The notes under the pieces were generated by a model. That model did no database searches, had not been told where the DNA came from, and saw only the letters and a program-made list of their open reading frames with translations. Position numbers and translations under genes: made by a program. From a virus, in the IMG/VR virus record IMGVR_UViG_3300045988_103300, positions 1 to 21,684 of that record: a DNA stretch of 21,684 nucleotides. The stretch is one strand, 5' to 3'. Of this stretch, positions 1 through 6,540 are shown in pieces (positions within the stretch are counted from its first letter, which is position 1; each line of letters opens with the position of its first letter).

Positions 1-4
1 TCCT

Positions 5-448
5 TTATATATTTTTGTCATTGTTAATTGGATCTCCAAATTTAAACTGGACTTCATTATTCTGAATAGCTACAATAGTCTCAGGTTGATTTAATCCAAA
101 CATACTATTTATAGTCTTAATAATCTCATTTGCAGCTCTAATATCTCCCTTACTAATAGCAGTATCCAGTAATGATTCCAATCTTGATAATTGTATATGT
201 CTAAGGTTTTTTATAAGGTTATCGTTCTTTTCAGCAATTATCTTATAAGCTTCTCCAATATATCTTGCAGCTGTTGATTGGCTTACATTATATTTACTTT
301 GAAGTTCCTCACTTACTTTATTTCTTGACCATCCTTTATTAAATAACCTTGCAGCATAAAGATATTTAGTCTTTACTTCGTCTATTTGTTCCTTTTCTAC
401 CTCTGCCTTTTTCGGTCTCCCTACTTTCTTCTTTATTTGCTCCTTCAT
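5..448 (-). CDS. Small-terminase-like DNA-binding protein (147 aa)
   Basis: ORF-track 5..454 starts on TTG; the first ATG is 446-448. It has a basic N-terminus (KKKVGRPKK), then a helix-turn-helix-like segment (WSRNKVSEELQSKYNVSQSTAARYI) and a helical C-terminal half, the usual small-terminase layout. Ends TAA 5-7. Motif recognition only; the large terminase would be off the left edge. Confidence 0.45.
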   Translation of the reverse strand: MKEQIKKKVGRPKKAEVEKEQIDEVKTKYLYAARLFNKGWSRNKVSEELQSKYNVSQSTAARYIGEAYKIIAEKNDNLIKNLRHIQLSRLESLLDTAISKGDIRAANEIIKTINSMFGLNQPETIVAIQNNEVQFKFGDPINNDKNI

Positions 449-698
449 CCTCAATAGTTTTTAGTTTTTCAACATATTCAAAGTAGTAAACTCCAAGTCT
501 CTTTATAAGGTTAAGAACACAAGTTCCGCAGTTTATATTCATTTTATATGGCTGCTCTATTAGTTCCTCATAAATAGCTCTCATTCTTTCAGTATCTTCC
601 TTTTGGATATTACGACAATAGTTAGCTCTAACAGCACATTTAAACCTATTATCGAATTTACTTAAATATTCATACTGTTCTTTTGTTAATTCTTTCAT
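366..698 (-). CDS. Hypothetical Cys-rich protein (110 aa)
   Basis: ATG 696-698, TAA 366-368. Four Cys are arranged C-x6-C (CAVRANYC) and C-x2-C (CGTC), possibly a small zinc-binding fold. The last 83 nt overlap the small-terminase-like gene in another frame. Confidence 0.45.
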   Translation of the reverse strand: MKELTKEQYEYLSKFDNRFKCAVRANYCRNIQKEDTERMRAIYEELIEQPYKMNINCGTCVLNLIKRLGVYYFEYVEKLKTIEDEGANKEESRETEKGRGRKGTNRRSKD

Positions 699-720
699 TT
701 TTATTTAAAATATATTATTT

Positions 721-1047
721 TTAATCCAAGTATTTATAAACTATATCTATTAGTTTGGTAATCATATCTTTAATTAGAATCATACAATCCTTTATAACTG
801 GAGTCATAAATGCAATTAAAGCAATATATGCAATCATTAAGAAGCTTAATTGTCCAGTTACTAAGATATATAGTAAACTTGCCCACCAAGTGCAGCATAG
901 AGAACATCCAAATAAAGGTATAGACCAATCAGTATATTTAACTCCAGGATATAGTTTACTTCATACCCATCTATTTGCCTTGTCCATAGCTCCAGATAAA
1001 TCAATACAGAAGACAAGAATAATAGCTATAAAAAGTATGCTTAACAT
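721..1047 (-). CDS. Integral membrane protein, DUF1360-like, with in-frame TGA (108 aa)
   Basis: Not on the ORF track because of TGA at 961-963. ATG 1045-1047, TAA 721-723. Hand translation: MLSILFIAIILVFCIDLSGAMDKANRWV-W-SKLYPGVKYTDWSIPLFGCSLCCTWWASLLYILVTGQLSFLMIAYIALIAFMTPV... It has several hydrophobic helices and a PLFGC..C..W motif resembling DUF1360 membrane proteins. The plus-strand ORF 755..1069 is its antisense shadow. Confidence 0.6.
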
Positions 1048-1286
1048 AACCTCTCTCTTATTTGTTTAATAAATCTCTGAATAGTCGTATGACTAATTCC
1101 CAGAATCTTCCCAACTTCTCTATAACTTCGATATTCAGCATATAAGATAATTATAGTCTTATCTGCTCTATTTAATGCCTCTCATTTTGGATAAATTGAA
1201 AGTAATCTATCATCCATCTCTGTAAAGGTATCTATTTCAAAGTTATACTCAATTAATAAATCATCAATATTAATCTTCTGCTTCAT
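1041..1286 (-). CDS. Sigma-70 region-4-like HTH protein, with in-frame TGA (81 aa)
   Basis: Not on the ORF track because of TGA at 1182-1184. ATG 1284-1286, TAA 1041-1043. Hand translation: MKQKINIDDLLIEYNFEIDTFTEMDDRLLSIYPK-W-EALNRADKTIIILYAEYRSYREVGKILGISHTTIQRFIKQIRERLC. The segment L..ADKTIIILYAEYRSYREVGKILGISHTTIQRFI fits the ECF/sigma-70 region 4 (LuxR-like HTH) pattern. Confidence 0.55.
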
Positions 1287-1578
1287 TTAACCAATCCTCT
1301 AAATTATCCGTTTGTTGTTCTAATGGCTCTTTAAATATCTCATAGTACTTTTTATATTGGTAGTAGTATCTACTATTCTTTGAAAACCAATTATTCTTAA
1401 ATACTCTTGTAATCCAATACTTCAGCTCATTCTTACTATCTAATGACTGAAGCTTGGAATTAGATGTTTCCAGAAGTGCAATGCAGACCATTTGTGTGCA
1501 ATCGTCATCTGCACCAAATTTTTCTTTTAACTCCATAATAAACGGATAGTATTTCTCTATTATTTCATTGTTATTCAT
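1270..1578 (-). CDS. Sigma-70 region-2-like protein (102 aa)
   Basis: ATG 1576-1578, TAA 1270-1272. The segment DDDCTQMVCIALLE...ELKYWITRVFKNNWFSKNSR resembles ECF sigma region 2 (acidic-Q-x-hydrophobic ... W-hydrophobic-x-x-hydrophobic-x-x-N-x-x-x-x-x-x-R). It lies directly upstream of, and overlaps by 17 nt, the region-4-like ORF. Confidence 0.45.
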   Translation of the reverse strand: MNNNEIIEKYYPFIMELKEKFGADDDCTQMVCIALLETSNSKLQSLDSKNELKYWITRVFKNNWFSKNSRYYYQYKKYYEIFKEPLEQQTDNLEDWLNEAED

Positions 1579-2062
1579 ATTCCCAAATAAACCCTCCAGC
1601 TGTTTTTCGCTGACCTTTAAGAACTTTTACAATGTTTCTGGATTGTATATTAAGTCCCCGTTCAGCATCTATTGCGGAATCTCATCTCTTAATCAAACTT
1701 CCATCTAATGATAGCTGTCTAATTGCTTTCTTATGAGAAATTCCTACTTTAATATTATGACTGCCATAATTATTGTTATATTCATAAGTACAGTACTCTA
1801 AATTATCTAAGTTATTATTTAGCTTATTTTCATCCTTATGGTTAATACATAAGTCACTTTTACCTATGAAAACTTCTGCCACTAGTCTATGTATTAGATA
1901 TTTCTTTTGCCCAAACTGATTATATAAAGTAACATAATAATATCCACTATTTTGGAGTTGAGGTTTGATATTTTTCGGAACTGAGGTTCTAGTACTCCAG
2001 ACCGAACCGTCAGTTCCTATTAAATAGTTTTCATATCCAGGTATTGCCTTATATGTCGTCAT
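1571..2062 (-). CDS. HNH homing endonuclease with C-terminal HTH tail, in-frame TGA (163 aa)
   Basis: ORF-track 1682..2062 stops at TGA 1682-1684. Read-through continues 36 codons to TAA 1571-1573: ...LIKR-W-DSAIDAERGLNIQSRNIVKVLKGQRKTAGGFIWEYE. This is the typical DNA-binding tail of phage homing endonucleases (..RKTAGGF.W.Y). The N-terminus YKAIPGYENYLIGTDGSVWS is NUMOD4-like. HNH core: HRLVAEVF...INHKDENKLNNNLDNLEYCT..YN. Confidence 0.85.
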
Positions 2063-2486
2063 TTCTTATATAATTACTAAAAGTTGTGTCTATTTCTAAT
2101 TTAATTGCTTTCTTTAAAGATAACTCTGTTTTTAAAGAGTATTTATATTCTCCTCCAAAATCAGTTGTACTTCTTCCATATTTCATTGAATCTTTAATAA
2201 AAGCTCTTTTTACATCTTTATAAATATAAACTCCATCATCAAATATAATGACTAATATAGAGTTACATTTACTAAGTATATCAAACTTATCCCTGTTTAT
2301 AATTGTAGTTGGATATTTATCTGATTTAAATCTTCTCCTTTTAACTTCAATTATATAGTCTATATTATTCCAAGTAAATGTTCCATCATATCTGGAATAA
2401 TCGTCTTTACATCATTCTATTTCTATATTATATTTATCTTTAAATAGATTCTTTATAAAGACTAAACTTCTTATATCTGTTTTCAT
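2049..2486 (-). CDS. Possible PD-(D/E)xK-fold nuclease, with in-frame TGA (145 aa)
   Basis: Not on the ORF track because of TGA at 2412-2414. ATG 2484-2486 shares one base with the TAA of the upstream gene; TAA 2049-2051. Hand translation: MKTDIRSLVFIKNLFKDKYNIEIE-W-CKDDYSRYDGTFTWNNIDYIIEVKRRRFKSDKYPTTIINRDKFDILSKCNSILVIIFDDGVYIYKDVKRAFIKDSMKYGRSTTDFGGEYKYSLKTELSLKKAIKLEIDTTFSNYIRNDDI. The D...IEVK motif is compatible with a restriction-endonuclease-like fold. Confidence 0.4.
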
Positions 2487-2725
2487 TATCTTACATTATG
2501 AATTTTTAAGGTTACATCACAATACTGTTCATATAATTCAGATACTTCTGAACTTCCAGGATTATGCCACATTACAGAGTCTAATTTATGCTGGAGTTCT
2601 GCCTGTTCTAATCTAAGCTCAAATGTTTTAGTTTGGTAGTCTCCATAAGCATTATATACTCTAATACCAGCTATAATAAAGCTAAGTACTAATAATCCAG
2701 CTAATATTTTATTTATCTTTTTCAT
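2486..2725 (-). CDS. Small N-terminally membrane-anchored protein (79 aa)
   Basis: ORF-track 2486..2767 begins on TTG; the likely start is ATG 2723-2725 (MKKINKILAGLLVLSFIIAGIRVY...). One hydrophobic helix is followed by a helical soluble part. TAA 2486-2488. Confidence 0.5.
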   Translation of the reverse strand: MKKINKILAGLLVLSFIIAGIRVYNAYGDYQTKTFELRLEQAELQHKLDSVMWHNPGSSEVSELYEQYCDVTLKIHNVR

Positions 2726-2736
2726 AATTAAATATA

Positions 2737-2916
2737 TTAGAAAGAAATACCTAAACCAAAAAACCAAGAGGATTTCTTTACCTTTTCATTGGTTTCAATC
2801 TCCTTTAATGCCTCATTACATAATTCTTGAGCTTTCTCAATAGAACCATCTTCAGTAATCTTACCATCTAATATATCAAGAAAATATTCAAGTGCTTCAA
2901 TTTGTTTAGTTTTCAT
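2737..2916 (-). CDS. Small hypothetical protein (59 aa)
   Basis: Hand translation: MKTKQIEALEYFLDILDGKITEDGSIEKAQELCNEALKEIETNEKVKKSSWFFGLGISF, ATG 2914-2916, TAA 2737-2739. It is the first ORF downstream of the leftward promoter and is too short for the ORF track. Confidence 0.35.
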   Translation of the reverse strand: MKTKQIEALEYFLDILDGKITEDGSIEKAQELCNEALKEIETNEKVKKSSWFFGLGISF

Positions 2917-2962
2917 AATTTATAAAGTTTAATTGTTAATATTATGTCTTACTTTCATAGTA

Positions 2963-2994
2963 CAAATATACAACAAAAAATTCATATTTCCAAA
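2963..2994 (-). promoter_or_regulatory. Leftward Bacteroidota-type promoter candidate
   Basis: On the minus strand, TTTG (complement of 2991-2994), then 20 nt, then TATATTTG (complement of 2963-2970). This matches the Bacteroides consensus TTTG-N19-21-TAnnTTTG. It lies about 45 nt upstream of ATG 2916. Confidence 0.55.
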
Positions 2995-3052
2995 TATTTT
3001 ATGCATTTTTTCAAAAAAAATATTACTATTTGTATTTTTTAGTGCTAAAAAT

Positions 3053-3083
3053 TTTGTAGATTAAAAAATTATTCTTATATTTG
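3053..3083 (+). promoter_or_regulatory. Rightward Bacteroidota-type promoter candidate 1
   Basis: TTTG 3053-3056, 19 nt spacer, TATATTTG 3076-3083. Confidence 0.45.
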
Positions 3084-3132
3084 TGGTGTGATAATAAAAA
3101 TACAATTTTAAATAAAAATAATGCTTAAATTA

Positions 3133-3164
3133 TTTGGAGATTGAGAAAAATTGTTGTATATTTG
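3133..3164 (+). promoter_or_regulatory. Rightward Bacteroidota-type promoter candidate 2
   Basis: TTTG 3133-3136, 20 nt spacer, TATATTTG 3157-3164. The -7 region is identical over 20 nt to that of the leftward promoter. Confidence 0.5.
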
Positions 3165-3238
3165 TACTATCAAACTAAAACTACTTCCATATTGAAAATT
3201 GAGCTGGGATTAATTTCCAGTTTAATTTTAACCTTTAC

Positions 3239-3289
3239 TGTAACTTTTTTACTAATATTTTGTAGTAAGATAAATAAAAAAAGTTACAT
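3239..3289 (+). promoter_or_regulatory. Conserved 51-nt element, copy A (TGTAAC-N39-GTTACA)
   Basis: Sequence: tgtaacttttttactaatattttgtagtaagataaataaaaaaagttacat. It ends 33 nt upstream of the helicase-like ATG. 42 of 51 positions are identical, without gaps, to copy B at 21200-21250. The terminal arms are inverted repeats. Confidence 0.6.
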
Positions 3290-3322
3290 ATAAAATTTAT
3301 TAACTTATTAAAAATTACTATT

Positions 3323-5041
3323 ATGAAAACTTATTTAAATAATTTAATCAATGAATTACCTACTAACTGCTTATTTGACAAAGGTAAAGTAGGATGTGGT
3401 GGAACTTCAATGGCTTTAGAGTGTGATAAGCCTTATGTTATATGTGTTCCATTTGTAAGCTTAGTTGAGAATAAACTTGCTCAATATCCTAATGAAAGAC
3501 GTAAAGAGCCTATTTTTGGAGTTTATCAAGGTATTACTAAGACAGACATTGAAGCTTATGTATCTTCAGTTAAATGCCCTAAAATCATTGTTACTTATAA
3601 TTCTCTTTATAAAGTAATAGAAGCGGTAAATCCTAAAGATTATAGCCTATTAATTGATGAATATCATATACTATTTAATCAATATAGTCTTAGAAGAGAC
3701 GCAATTAAAGATGTATTAAAGACATATAGCTTATTTAAAGAATATACATTTATGACTGCTACTCCCTTAGAAGATGAATTTGTTTTAGATGAATTGTCTA
3801 AACTGCCATTAGTAAGACAAGAATGGGATGATGTTATCGAGACTAAAGTTCAGACTGTCAAATGCAAGAATGTAGAAGCTTCCACAATTAAGCTTATAAA
3901 TGGATTTTTAAGTGGGAATGTTGAAGGTAATGCTTATATATTTGTTAACTCTGTTGACTTTATAAAGAATCTTATTTTAAAGGCTAAACTTACAGCAGAT
4001 AACACAAGAGTAGTATATTCTAAGAATAATAGAACTAAACTGCCAATTCAGAATTCTTCAGTAAATGATGAACCTAAGAAGATTAATTTGTTGACTTCTA
4101 CTGTATTTGAAGGTTCTGATATTTATGATGAAAATGGAAGAATTATTGTAGTTAGTGATTCCTCTAAAGCTCAGACTCTTTTAGATATATCTACTTCAAT
4201 TCAACAGATTGCTGGTAGAATTAGAAATAGTAAATATTTAAATTGGATTACTCATCTTTATTCAGCCACAAGATATGCAGAGATAGATTATGATACATTT
4301 AAAAATAATACATTAAAGAATATTGAAGAAACAAAGATTGCAGTTGAATCATATAATCAGCTTCCAGAAGTAGCTCGTAAGAAGATTACAGACTTTACAA
4401 GTGACACATATATTCAAATTAATGAGGATTATACCTTTGAATTTGACCCAAATATGGCTAAAGTAGATATATTCAATTTTAAGGTTGCAAGAGGTTTATA
4501 CTCTGTAAGAGTTAATCTTACTAATGAATATCTAAAGAATGGCTTTATAAAGGTTGCTGAATGTGAAGATAAATCTATTAAGATAGACCTTGAAGCTCCT
4601 AGTAAGTCATTTCAGGAGCTTATTAAAGATGTAAGAGCTGAATGGGAAACTAAATTTAAAGTTGGAACTCCTATATTAAATGAAGCTCTAATTAAATATC
4701 CTTGGTTAAATGATGCAATTAATAAACTGGGATTTGAAAGAATGGCAACTTTGGGTTATTGCATTAAAGATATTAAAGAGGAGCTTGTTAAAATATCAGA
4801 TAAAAATATGCCAAATAAGGTTGCCAAATTACTTACAAGAGATATTCAGAATGGTATGTTCTACAATTTAGCTTTATTAAAGAATAAGATTGCTGATGTA
4901 TATAAGACTTTAGGTATAAAGAAAACTGCAAAGGCAACAGATATTGAACACTATTTTGAAGTTAGAAAATCAACTAAAACTGAAAAGGATGTTAGAAGCA
5001 AAGGATACATTATTATTAGACCAAGATTCATATTTAAATAG
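3323..5041 (+). CDS. SF2 (DExH-type) helicase-like ATPase (572 aa)
   Basis: ATG 3323, TAG 5039-5041. It has a P-loop-like GKVGCGGTS near the N-terminus, a Walker B/DExH box (LLIDEYH) and a motif III-like FMTATP. All 4 Trp codons are TGG. It is the only long plus-strand gene. Confidence 0.6.
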   Translation: MKTYLNNLINELPTNCLFDKGKVGCGGTSMALECDKPYVICVPFVSLVENKLAQYPNERRKEPIFGVYQGITKTDIEAYVSSVKCPKIIVTYNSLYKVIEAVNPKDYSLLIDEYHILFNQYSLRRDAIKDVLKTYSLFKEYTFMTATPLEDEFVLDELSKLPLVRQEWDDVIETKVQTVKCKNVEASTIKLINGFLSGNVEGNAYIFVNSVDFIKNLILKAKLTADNTRVVYSKNNRTKLPIQNSSVNDEPKKINLLTSTVFEGSDIYDENGRIIVVSDSSKAQTLLDISTSIQQIAGRIRNSKYLNWITHLYSATRYAEIDYDTFKNNTLKNIEETKIAVESYNQLPEVARKKITDFTSDTYIQINEDYTFEFDPNMAKVDIFNFKVARGLYSVRVNLTNEYLKNGFIKVAECEDKSIKIDLEAPSKSFQELIKDVRAEWETKFKVGTPILNEALIKYPWLNDAINKLGFERMATLGYCIKDIKEELVKISDKNMPNKVAKLLTRDIQNGMFYNLALLKNKIADVYKTLGIKKTAKATDIEHYFEVRKSTKTEKDVRSKGYIIIRPRFIFK

Positions 5042-5201
5042 AATTGCGGATATTAAAGAAACTCTTAAAAAGTCAGAAGATACTATTAAGGAGTTTGATA
5101 AGTGAATGAATGAATTTAAAGAGAATTCTAAGAAATTAGGAGATATTATAGATAGAGTATTAGCACAAAGAGATTTTACATTTATTTCAAAATTTGATTA
5201 A
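4989..5201 (+). CDS. Possible small coiled-coil protein (70 aa if TGA 5103-5105 is read as Trp)
   Basis: ATG 4989 overlaps the helicase 3' end in another frame. Translation: MLEAKDTLLLDQDSYLNRIADIKETLKKSEDTIKEFDK-W-MNEFKENSKKLGDIIDRVLAQRDFTFISKFD, TAA 5199-5201. Alternatively there are two short ORFs, since the TGA is immediately followed by ATG (tgaatgaatgaa). Ambiguous. Confidence 0.25.
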
Positions 5202-5203
5202 TT

Positions 5204-5338
5204 ATGGATGATTTTTTATTTAAAAAGCTTGAAGAACTAGAATATAGAATAGTTCAATTAGAGAACCAAAACAAAGGGTTAGTTTGGGAAGAAGTAGAAG
5301 AAAAACCAGAGATTCCTAACGCAACATATATTGACTAA
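5204..5338 (+). CDS. Small hypothetical protein (44 aa)
   Basis: MDDFLFKKLEELEYRIVQLENQNKGLVWEEVEEKPEIPNATYID, TAA 5336-5338. It is tightly packed with the flanking small ORFs. Confidence 0.3.
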   Translation: MDDFLFKKLEELEYRIVQLENQNKGLVWEEVEEKPEIPNATYID

Positions 5339-5339
5339 T

Positions 5340-5480
5340 ATGAAGTACTTTACATATAAATTATGCTTAAATGGAGTAAATTACGTTTATGTAATTCCCG
5401 AAAATAGTAAATTCTTAGTAGATTTACAAACTGGAGAATTAATACCTAAAGATGAGAAATTATTTGAGATAATGGAATAA
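5340..5480 (+). CDS. Small hypothetical protein (46 aa)
   Basis: MKYFTYKLCLNGVNYVYVIPENSKFLVDLQTGELIPKDEKLFEIME, TAA 5478-5480, directly followed by a strong terminator. Confidence 0.3.
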   Translation: MKYFTYKLCLNGVNYVYVIPENSKFLVDLQTGELIPKDEKLFEIME

Positions 5481-5483
5481 ACA

Positions 5484-5517
5484 AAAAGGAGGGTTATTTG
5501 CCCTCCTTTTCTTTTTT
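5484..5517. terminator. Bidirectional rho-independent terminator between convergent units
   Basis: Perfect 10-bp stem: aaaaggaggg (5484-5493), loop ttatttg, ccctcctttt (5501-5510). It is followed by a T-run on the plus strand and preceded by an A-run (a T-run on the minus strand). It sits between the plus-strand stop at 5480 and the minus-strand stop at 5519. Confidence 0.85.
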
Positions 5518-5518
5518 A

Positions 5519-6088
5519 TTAAACATATCTTCACTTGAATCCTTTAGCTGTATTTGCTAATCCACCACATACTCTACTAATAGCTCCTCTATCAGTTCCT
5601 ACAGATTTGGCTGCTTCTGTGCAACTTTCATACTCTTGAATAAAATTACCATCTAAATCATACTGAGCTACTTTACGACATCTTTGTTTGTTATGAGCAT
5701 CTACTTTATCTCTTCAAGATTCTGGGCAATTATGTTTCTTTCCCTTATTAGAATTAGACAGTTTCTTCTTTCATTCAGAATTAAATTTGACTCCGTAATT
5801 GCCTCCTTCTCCTCCAGGTTTCAAATTTAAACACATAGGATCAGTGTCCCATTTATCTCCAATTAGTTTGTATTCTAATTTAGATAATTCATCTGCATTA
5901 GTGCAAGTTGCCAAAATAATCTTTTGGTATGCATTAGGGAATCTTTTGTAATAATTAGTAATAATCCTTCCTGATCCTTTATATGGATCTTTATTTATGT
6001 CTTTACCTCTATAAATCCTTTTCCCAATATAATACTTGCCTCTTAATGTACCTGCAGTTAAAATTATTTTATAACAATAGTAAAACAT
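5519..6088 (-). CDS. GIY-YIG homing endonuclease with three in-frame TGAs (189 aa)
   Basis: ORF-track 5771..6088 (YCYKI...GKYYIGK...YKGSG GIY-YIG core) stops at TGA 5771-5773. Read-through gives ...KFNSE-W-KKKLSNSNKGKKHNCPES-W-RDKVDAHNKQRCRKVAQYDLDGNFIQEYESCTEAAKSVGTDRGAISRVCGGLANTAKGFK-W-RYV, ending TAA 5519-5521. The extension has NUMOD3-like basic repeats and the classic ..GF.W.Y tail. TGAs are at 5771, 5714 and 5531. Confidence 0.85.
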
Positions 6089-6540
6089 TATATAATAGTA
6101 AATTTCTGTCGTCTTTGCATCCCGTCTTTATTCTTTAATCCCAAGTGTATTCAACTTGCTATACCATTCTTAGGCTTTTCATATATCAACTGGTCTCAAT
6201 TTAATTCTTCAATAGCTTCAGCAATCCAACTTTGGAATACTTTCATATTACCATTAATTGGAGATATATCTGCTGCATACCCTGTTAAATGAGCAGAAGT
6301 TGAAGATCCTCCTACTGCTTTATTAAGCTCCTTATTTCTAAAACCAGAGGAAATCCTGATGCCTGCGTTACCAAGCTGATTGTCATCACAATACTTTGCC
6401 CATCTCTCTCTTATTGGGTCTAAAAGCTTCTCGACCAACTCTATCAGGTGCTCTGTTATACTCTCATCTGGAGTGTTATCTATATGCTTAATTGAAGCAG
6501 TATCAGATCTTGTTAATTCTTCGAGTGTGAAATACTTCAT
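6088..6540 (-). CDS. Endolysin, Peptidase_M15 (zinc D-Ala-D-Ala carboxypeptidase-like) family, two in-frame TGAs (150 aa)
   Basis: ORF-track 6196..6540 carries SSGFRNKELNKAVGGSSTSAHLTGYAADI (SxGxR..N...GG...S.H..G.A.D, M15 metal/active-site pattern) and stops at TGA 6196-6198. Read-through gives ...IEELN-W-DQLIYEKPKNGIAS-W-IHLGLKNKDGMQRRQKFTII, ending TAA 6088-6090. This restores the family's C-terminal ..DQLI.e.....W(I/V)H.. block. Confidence 0.8.

Larger units (their letters stand above)
2957..3170. repeat. Perfect 20-bp inverted repeat (arms 2957-2976 and 3151-3170)
   Basis: 3151-3170 is ttgttgtatatttgtactat. 2957-2976 is atagtacaaatatacaacaa, its exact reverse complement. Each arm contains a TATATTTG -7 box pointing outward. 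Confidence 0.9.

Noticed and set aside
755-1069. Plus-strand ORF of 104 aa on the supplied track
   Set aside because: It lies antisense to two well-formed minus-strand genes (721..1047 and 1041..1286) that appear once TGA is read as Trp. Its translation is low-complexity and Ile/Leu-rich with no motif, so it is treated as a shadow ORF.
1270-1290. Joining the two sigma-like ORFs by TGA read-through
   Set aside because: The upstream ORF ends in TAA, and the downstream ORF is in a different (+1) frame. Recoding therefore cannot fuse them. The split is reported as an open question instead.
3121-3213. 30-codon plus-strand micro-ORF (MLKLFGD-W-EKLLYICTIKLKLLPY-W-KLSWD) that is open only if two TGAs are read as Trp
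   Set aside because: It is very short and overlaps a promoter-like box. It has no supporting motif, and such open frames arise easily in AT-rich sequence.
2917-3322. Suppressor tRNA or other structured RNA gene in the long intergenic region, including the small hairpin ctgggattaatttccag at 3204-3220
   Set aside because: I could not see a cloverleaf, a T-loop GTTCRA-type box or an acceptor/anticodon stem arrangement. The hairpin has only a 4-bp stem. No tRNA is claimed; a tRNA scan of the whole genome is still needed.
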